This document shows positions 29,901 through 35,656 of a stretch of 35,656 bases of DNA, piece by piece. Below the pieces are notes generated by a model that searched no databases, had not been told where the DNA came from, and was given only the letters and a program-made list of their open reading frames with translations. The stretch is from Promethearchaeota archaeon. Its GTDB lineage: Archaea; Asgardarchaeota; Lokiarchaeia; Sigyniarchaeales; SOKP01. The DNA is taken from NCBI GenBank assembly GCA_016926735.1, contig JAFGOA010000106.1, forward strand, positions 1 to 35,656. Reading direction: 5' to 3'. Both the position numbers and the translations under genes were made by a program. Numbering within the stretch: position 1 is the stretch's first letter; each line of letters begins with the position of its first letter.

Positions 29901-30104
29901 TGATGGTTCTATAAAAAGACCATTATCTGGATTTTGATGAGTATATGAAAAATAAAACATGTTATCTTTATATTTTATAACTTCTTCATCTGTAAAGTAT
30001 TGTACAAATGGAAAATTAATGATCAAGTCAATAATAATTTCCCCAGAAAAGATTAATAATATTAATGTAGCATATAATACTCTTCTTTTTTTTTTTCGAT
30101 CTAT
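26952..30104 (-). CDS. Fusion protein: signal anchor, extracellular prenyltransferase/squalene-cyclase-like repeats, one TM helix and an intact ABC ATPase
   Basis: About 11 QxxDGGF...STYxA repeats, many NxS/T sequons, TM LILWLILAEGIVLILITML, GESGAGKTT, YVPQ, LSGGQKRR, ILDEPT, ISH. The ORF track starts at TTG 30026, but the frame is open to ATA 30104, which adds IDRKKKRRVLYATLILLIFSGEIIID. Confidence 0.85.
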   Translation of the reverse strand: MDRKKKRRVLYATLILLIFSGEIIIDLIINFPFVQYFTDEEVIKYKDNMFYFSYTHQNPDNGLFIEPSIEECYRAIDSVNFSSISYESELTKLINPINNNFLNSENQLFFLDYLSEKQNSDGSFSDIGGIGSLYSTYKVIKILDLLNKSYLDDPLRKGKIDNIINFVNNSLEKNGWGFRYHPLIEQSDIISTYYAIEIAKRFNAYSLIQNVNITNFINSTRYLAQGGYALTSYSTIVTQETTHFGIQAHLGINYTYTPSEMIVFESYFTGRRNITGGYSDTILGVPNVGSTYYAIASQTILNITIDPFNETYSLNYILDRQEPNGGFSSSSLSEVNNTDSKSGWAAMKCITLLENATTDYQNQKILYYNWIYERQAMNGLIGQVNLQSNYNGVLSLYQYDISNYTTFLKMDKILHYVELCYNSEDGGFGPQPSRNSSIYSTYCAIFLYNLFHPYNITYLPNETNTELYFTTLQNQDGGFKLGEDLDVIISYFNSAYTSMFNLINTNISTIISTYWAVSSLNSLDSLNVINKTALFHWLYSSQNADGGFSLFIGFHSDVISTYYGLENLNFFNIEPISRISAIKFLKNSQRSDGSFELIPYLSLFFNLPSSFMGNYLGAKGLYYYRSQPQNIQNLAKWFRICFSNATGGVGDYPLFGGDLRNTPYGLIIIEDVRYDQAFDPIPWTRLILWLILAEGIVLILITMLNIISYLNMSLYKFVKIKLGIRDRLNIEYLKRFNAIHCENLEIYSGKKIIVDGVSLELEHGKILGVLGESGAGKTTFIKALLGMRKYKGKCEIYGLDARKNKKRFRPIFGYVPQDLGKIYNNFTTLQNLIYFGFQYGLTEKQIASRAKRLLRGLEIEDKMHSHVKTLSGGQKRRVSIAMALIHNPIFCILDEPTSGLDPVVRENLWLALTRINELLSTTLLVISHYPEESRFCDKIVVFGRQRGMIDFGSPNELLSQLPGSGRVIELIFKDVHENSIQKLESIEGVEKALENKVGFSYVLLTDLNLREIKIKIENEFGTDSISELKQSDVKMEEYFRYKALKIKEME

Positions 30105-30120
30105 AGTGCCTCACTCTTTT

Positions 30121-31119
30121 TTATTTTTCTTTAAATTCTTTTTCTTCTTCTTCTTTAATCCTAAGTTGAAAATATCTTCTAAAATTAGCTATATCTCTAC
30201 TCATTGATATGATTTTAATATTATTATTAATAATATATTCAATAAGATTTGAATAATTTTGCTCTAAATCTTGAATGAATACTTCTATTACGTTATTTCC
30301 TGTTCTGGAAATGTCTTTACATAATGGATATTGTTTAATTTTTTTTATTATTTTTTCATCTAAATTTTCAATAGTAAACCTTACTAATTGGCCATCGCTA
30401 GCTAATGATGATATAAGCTTATATGGCGTATCAAACTCTAATAATTTACCTTCTCTTAAAATCGCCGTTTTATCACAAACAAGAGCAGCCTCCAGATCAT
30501 GAGTTATTATAAACATTGTAGTCCCTAGTTTTCTATTTAGTTTTTTAAGATAATTAAGAATATCATATCTTTTATTTGCATCTACACCTGTAGTAGGTTC
30601 ATCTAAAAAAAGTACACTTGGTTTATGAATTAATCCTATTGCCATTGATACTCTTTTTTTCTCACCTCCACTAAGGTTTTTTAGAGGATTGTTCCATGTA
30701 TCCTCTGGAATATCTAATATTTTAAATAAATCTCTTGCTATTTTTAATGCGTTATCTTTTTTTATACCATAATTTGAAGCAAAAATCTCGACATTTACTA
30801 ATGGACTGAGGTCATAGTATAAATTTAATAATTCTAATTGAGGAACATATCCTATTTTTTCTAATATTTTTGAATTGTTCTGTTTTTTACCTGGAGTTAT
30901 ATTTGTAACGGTTACAATACCTTTCCAATGTTTTTTTTTAATTTGACAAGTTAATACTCTGATAATTGTCGTTTTACCCGCTCCTGATATTCCAAACAAA
31001 CCTATAATTTCCCCTTTATAAACTTGAAATGAAACATTATTGATTATCTGTTTTTTTTTAAAAAAAACTTCTAAATTTTTCACATTTACAACAAGATTTT
31101 TAGGACTTTTATTCTTCAA
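30121..31119 (-). CDS. ABC-2 type exporter ATP-binding subunit
   Basis: GISGAGKTT, IGYVPQ, LSGGEKKR, LFLDEPTTG, ITHD. TTG start with GAGGT SD. Confidence 0.93.
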   Translation of the reverse strand: MKNKSPKNLVVNVKNLEVFFKKKQIINNVSFQVYKGEIIGLFGISGAGKTTIIRVLTCQIKKKHWKGIVTVTNITPGKKQNNSKILEKIGYVPQLELLNLYYDLSPLVNVEIFASNYGIKKDNALKIARDLFKILDIPEDTWNNPLKNLSGGEKKRVSMAIGLIHKPSVLFLDEPTTGVDANKRYDILNYLKKLNRKLGTTMFIITHDLEAALVCDKTAILREGKLLEFDTPYKLISSLASDGQLVRFTIENLDEKIIKKIKQYPLCKDISRTGNNVIEVFIQDLEQNYSNLIEYIINNNIKIISMSRDIANFRRYFQLRIKEEEEKEFKEK

Positions 31120-31122
31120 AAA

Positions 31123-32313
31123 TTAAACCTCATATCGTCTTTTATAGAAAACCAGAAATGTAATTATATTAAGAGCTAAACTGACAAACAACAATACATA
31201 AAAGTGATATTCAAATATTGAATTTCCTTTAGATAATACACTATTTACTAATGGATTTGCATGGGATAATGGTAAAATCTGAGCAAATAGATTCAAATAT
31301 ATTGGCATACTCCCTAAAGGAACAAATAATCCACTTAGTAGAATTATTATTATAAAAGAAGCAAAGAATAATTGATTTGCTTCTGTTTTTGATTTGCTTA
31401 AAGAACTTATAAATAATCCCATGCTTATCCCAGAATATCCAATGATATATATTGCTCCAAATAACTCAAAAATAGAACCTCTTATGTATAATCCACTAGC
31501 TAATGCAGCTGATATGATTCCCAAATCTTGGACCAATAAAACTGCTGAATATGTTATATATTTGGATAAGAGAATTTCTGATTTTTTTACAGGTGTTAGC
31601 AAAAGTCTGGATATAGGATTTTCTTTTACAATCACAAGAATAGTTAATACATTTGCTATACCAAAAACCATTAATGGGAGTAATTTTATGAAATTTGCAT
31701 TTAATCCAAGATTATAATTAGAAGGTACTGAAAACTTTTCAAAAACCTTTAATTCAAATTGGGGTGAAAGATTATTATCTCTAACAAAGATTTGAATTGA
31801 ATCATATACAGCATTAATATTATCTTGTATTTTAGAAACTCTTGAAGAATCAATTATACATTCTATTATTCCAGGATATCCTAATTGTAACAATTCTGTG
31901 AATTCTATAGGTATAACTATAATAGTATTTATATTACCTATTAATAATTCTTGTCTTGCCATTTCCATGGAATAAGGTTCGTTTGTAGAATTATAATAAC
32001 CCTTTAGATCCAACAAATTTGATTTATTTACAGCTTTAAGATATGGAATTGTATAATTATCCCATGTTGATGATGTATAATTATTGGGATTTATGAATGT
32101 ATTTGAATCGTTTGATACGACAATAACGGGTAAGGGAGCAGGATCCCCTGCTTCCTCTGTCATAAAAGCAAATAATAAAATAATACCCGGAGGGATTAGC
32201 AGAGCAATAAGTAAATTCCATGGATCGATTTTTATTAGTCTAAATTCTTTTTTTATCATCTTTAATATTCGAAATAACTGGGTCTTCAATTTTTTTCTAA
32301 GATTTTGTTGCAT
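31123..32313 (-). CDS. ABC-2 type permease
   Basis: MIKKEFR, TM1, large extracellular loop with sequons, RLLLTPV..EILLSK, GLFISS..KTE..ANQ, LSGLFVP..SMP, LPLSH. Confidence 0.9.
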   Translation of the reverse strand: MQQNLRKKLKTQLFRILKMIKKEFRLIKIDPWNLLIALLIPPGIILLFAFMTEEAGDPAPLPVIVVSNDSNTFINPNNYTSSTWDNYTIPYLKAVNKSNLLDLKGYYNSTNEPYSMEMARQELLIGNINTIIVIPIEFTELLQLGYPGIIECIIDSSRVSKIQDNINAVYDSIQIFVRDNNLSPQFELKVFEKFSVPSNYNLGLNANFIKLLPLMVFGIANVLTILVIVKENPISRLLLTPVKKSEILLSKYITYSAVLLVQDLGIISAALASGLYIRGSIFELFGAIYIIGYSGISMGLFISSLSKSKTEANQLFFASFIIIILLSGLFVPLGSMPIYLNLFAQILPLSHANPLVNSVLSKGNSIFEYHFYVLLFVSLALNIITFLVFYKRRYEV

Positions 32314-32320
32314 AATTAAA

Positions 32321-33475
32321 TTAAACCTCCACTTTTTTAAATAAGTAGGATAAATACGCTAAAATTACATATACAGTAGAGATTATTAATAATCCTGAAA
32401 ATAATCCAAAATGAATCGACACTCCTTTTAATGTTATATCAAGAACTAATGGAATACCATAACCTAAAGGGAATGAATAGATTATTACTTTCATAGATGG
32501 AGGAAGACTTCCAACACTTACAAATTGTCCTGAAAAAAGCAATACTACAATAAAAAATACCATATATAATTGGTTTGCTTGTTGATCTGTTTTACTTATT
32601 GAAGATATAAATAATCCCATTGAAACACCGCATAATCCTATTGCTAGAAATACTAAAAACAATTCAAATAATGATCCTAAACAATAAAGCCCAAAAATAG
32701 CAGTTGCGATAAATATTTCACCTGCTTGAAGAATCATAATTAATGAATTAGCTATTAATTTACTTAATATGATTGATTTTTTTGATGTGGGTGTAATTAA
32801 CATTCTCGGTAATGGCCCTTCAGAAACGATTGATAAACATGAAAGATTCATGGTTGTACCTATTATTATTAAAGGTATTGTTAAAGCAAACGCATAATTT
32901 AATACTTGGGATTCCCAAAAAGGAACCTCAAATTCTAAATAGGGAATTAACATAGAAAAGTTAGCAGTTTTTCCTATTTCTAGTTTAAATAGTGAAATAG
33001 GCTCTAACATTGAAACATTAATTGATTTTATAGCGTCAAAATTACTTGCATCAATGAAATATAATAATTCCGTGTTTACATTATTTTCGATAGTTTCTGA
33101 AAAATTTTCTACTAAAACTATAAAAACATCAATAATTTCATTTTTTAGCATCTGTTCACATTCAATATAAGCATTATTATACGCAAATTCATTAGATACA
33201 TTATAATAAGTCTCTAAACCAAAAGAAGTAAGATTATTTTGAAAAATTGAAATAAAAACATCATCATATTCAGTAGAATTAGAAGGAAAATCACCAAAAC
33301 AATCCATATCGTCTTTAGTTATTATAGCGGCTCTAAAAAATCCCGATGGCCCTCCTCCAGATGTTAATCCGAAAATTATTATTAAAATAAGTGGGATTGT
33401 AAATAATAAAATTAGAGTTCTTTTATCACTTCGTAATCTTCCTAGCTCTTTCCTTACTAAACCACTTATATACAT
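32321..33475 (-). CDS. ABC-2 type permease
   Basis: LVRKEL..L.SDKRTL, RMLITP..IILSK, GLFISS..KTDQQANQ, FSGQFV..LP, FPLGY. Confidence 0.9.
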   Translation of the reverse strand: MYISGLVRKELGRLRSDKRTLILLFTIPLILIIIFGLTSGGGPSGFFRAAIITKDDMDCFGDFPSNSTEYDDVFISIFQNNLTSFGLETYYNVSNEFAYNNAYIECEQMLKNEIIDVFIVLVENFSETIENNVNTELLYFIDASNFDAIKSINVSMLEPISLFKLEIGKTANFSMLIPYLEFEVPFWESQVLNYAFALTIPLIIIGTTMNLSCLSIVSEGPLPRMLITPTSKKSIILSKLIANSLIMILQAGEIFIATAIFGLYCLGSLFELFLVFLAIGLCGVSMGLFISSISKTDQQANQLYMVFFIVVLLFSGQFVSVGSLPPSMKVIIYSFPLGYGIPLVLDITLKGVSIHFGLFSGLLIISTVYVILAYLSYLFKKVEV

Positions 33476-33629
33476 AATTCTTGTTTATCTATTATATCTT
33501 AATATTATACATATCTAATTAATAATAAAATCTCAATCTTAATATTGATAATAGAATTGTTCTAATCCATAATAAATTTTACTCAACAATTGATTTTATA
33601 TTTTTTAAATTTATATTGATTAGTATATT

Positions 33630-34561
33630 ATGGTTTCGATAAGTTCTTCTACAAATATTCGTAATCGAACTGAAAAATTTTGCAGAAAAATCTCCAATTG
33701 GAATATAAATAATAAAACTATTTTATTCAATCAAATATATGAACTCCTTGAATCTGAATTAAATCTTATTCCTGAAAAAGAAAGAATTGGAAAAGGAGTT
33801 GTATATATTTCAAAATATATCGCAAAAGAAATTGTATCTTTTATTAAGAATAGATTAGAGAAAGATAATGATTATTATTTAGAATTTGTATCTAAAGGTT
33901 TTTTTTTGGAGAAACAAAGGAAAATAATCATTTTTGTCTTTTTATATTATCATTTCTTTCTGAATTTATTGCTAATTTTCCGGATTATTTTAAGACGACT
34001 ATAAATCTAATTCTAAAATACGCAGACAATAAAGATTGGGCAATAAGGGAAATTGTATGTTTTTCAATTATATCTGGACTAAAAAAAAGACCAGAAATGA
34101 TATTAAATTATTGTAATAAATGGATAGGTAGTAAAAATGAAAATATACGAAGATTAATCTCTGAGTCTCTGCGACCAAATTCTCAAATTAAATGGCTAAA
34201 AGATCCAAGTAAAAATGACAAAATCTTAAAATTCTTAACTAAATTAAATAAAGATTCTTCTATCTATGTTAGAAAATCAGTTGGAAATAACATTAAAGAC
34301 TTATCAAAATATATGCCTATAAAGATGTTGGAACTCATGAATAATTGGATAAGAAAATCAAATATCATAGTTCATAATGAGCTAGCAAGTGAAAAGGGAC
34401 TTAATACAGAAGAAAAAAGATTAATTTGGACAATAAAACATGGAATGAGGTGGATTAGAAATAGAAATCCTGAATATCATCTCAAACTAGAAGAGATCCT
34501 TGGAAAGAACTATATTTTATATTTTGATGAAAAAAAGAATAAATATGCCAAAGCAACTTAA
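33630..34561 (+). pseudogene. AlkD-like/HEAT-repeat (DNA alkylation repair family) gene, split by a 1-nt frameshift at a T9 run
   Basis: ORF 33630..34004 reads SKG at the T9 run (33899..33907). The -1 frame runs open from GGA 33908 (GETKENNHF..YADNKDWAIRE..) into ORF 34097..34561 (ENIRRLISESLRP, KDSSIYVRKSVGNNIKDLSK). One extra T gives a 310-aa protein. Confidence 0.75.
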
Positions 34562-34731
34562 AGTGAATTCTAATCCCCCACCCCCCAACCGCATATGATT
34601 AAAATCGTTTTTTTTTGAATCATATAATTTATTTTTTTAATCAGAAAATTTATAATTTCAACATTAATGCAAAAGGAATATAAATCTTTATTTGATTCTA
34701 TCATTAATTAAAATTTATATCTTGAATAATT

Positions 34732-35598
34732 ATGACATATCAAAAATACAAGAAAATATTAATCCCTTATATAATAATACTTAGCTCAATATTACTTTTA
34801 TCAGTTTTATCTCAAGATGTATTTAACGAATATTCTAGAGGATTCTCAAAAGTAATTCCCCTTCCTACGCAAGGAACTCAAACTTTATGGATTATCTCAT
34901 TCTCTATAATTAGTGGTATTATAGGTGCTTATATTGGAGGATATGCTATAGGTCCAGTTTTTCTTTTTTTACATAAGAAAATCATTGGTCGTAAGATGAT
35001 ATATGGGTTTCAAAATAAAGAACAGAGTGATCAATTTAAAGGCTATTATATAAAAGCTCTATTTCCCGCTTTATTAGCTGTACATTTTTGTTTATTATTC
35101 AGTGCTAATGTTGATATACAAGAATTAGTTGTATACCACGAAAATAGCTCGGCTGTTACTCAAATGATGACTTTTTCTGTTTTATTGCCTATATTTTTAG
35201 GGATTGGATTAGGAATTTTTGCTCCTACATGGTTCCTGCTCGATGGATCTATTATTTATACAAATAAAAAAAAAGTTGAAAAATTATCTGATCCTATTGA
35301 AATCAGAAGTGTTGGTGGTTGGTATATATATCTTTTAAAAGGTTATGCCGGAATTTCGGTTTTTATCACGTATTATGATTTCTTCTCTCGATTGATAACT
35401 GAAGTAGATATAAATGCTAGTTCTTTAATGCTAATCCTATTATGGCCAATAATGCCTTTGTTTCTTGCTTACTTAATGATATCCGTTATTATCATTTTAG
35501 ATAAAACATTTGATAAACGAAGAAAATATATCAGAAAATGGGCAAATAAATTTGGGATAACCGAACCTTTAGATTTTGATTTAGACCGTGAAAAATAG
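34732..35598 (+). CDS. Multi-pass membrane protein (about 6 TM), function unknown
   Basis: Six hydrophobic segments, with conserved-looking PTWFLLDGSI and IRSVGGWY..LLKGYAG motifs. Confidence 0.75.
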   Translation: MTYQKYKKILIPYIIILSSILLLSVLSQDVFNEYSRGFSKVIPLPTQGTQTLWIISFSIISGIIGAYIGGYAIGPVFLFLHKKIIGRKMIYGFQNKEQSDQFKGYYIKALFPALLAVHFCLLFSANVDIQELVVYHENSSAVTQMMTFSVLLPIFLGIGLGIFAPTWFLLDGSIIYTNKKKVEKLSDPIEIRSVGGWYIYLLKGYAGISVFITYYDFFSRLITEVDINASSLMLILLWPIMPLFLAYLMISVIIILDKTFDKRRKYIRKWANKFGITEPLDFDLDREK

Positions 35599-35656
35599 TA
35601 AGAAAAAATTTGGAAAATCTTGGACATTTTATTTATTTTTTTAAAAGAAATTCCAT

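Noticed and set aside
16194-32344. Remaining short plus-strand ORFs (16194, 20436, 22508, 28919, 29959, 30275, 31394, 32084)
   Set aside because: All are antisense to long, motif-bearing genes.
1-35656. tRNA, rRNA, transposases, integrases or viral structural genes
   Set aside because: No GC-rich structured RNA gene or mobile-element protein motif was recognised by eye.

Overview
Very AT-rich archaeal DNA. By inference from gene content (archaeal Hef-like helicase, longin-like proteins, PCI-like winged-helix and UBC/RWD-like domains, SIR2-TPR, GGAGG/GGTGA Shine-Dalgarno sites) it is most likely Asgard, Lokiarchaeia-like. It holds about 25 CDS and no recognisable tRNA, rRNA, CRISPR array or transposase. 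The most striking signal is missing from the ORF track: a 32-codon upstream ORF (12122..12220, minus strand; MKMLQNIKNRYSIFNLEHVLSLSLLLSLLLLL*) in front of the 2-isopropylmalate synthase gene. Ten of its last 13 codons are Leu, and two mutually exclusive hairpins follow, one overlapping its stop codon. This is the architecture of a leucine-sensing leader-peptide attenuator, here in an archaeon. Also notable are an unusual ABC-2 cluster (two permeases, an ATPase, an ATPase fused to an extracellular prenyltransferase-like repeat domain, and a nearby paralogous pseudo-ATPase fused to UBC/RWD-like domains next to a longin-TM protein), a 1475-aa membrane-anchored prenyltransferase-repeat/PCI/coiled-coil protein, a clan CD peptidase with an inserted jelly-roll domain, a minimal RNA-ligase-type protein, a bacterial-type gnd-gntK pair, and a HEAT-repeat gene split at a T9 run. 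All domain calls come from reading motifs by eye; no database searches were run.
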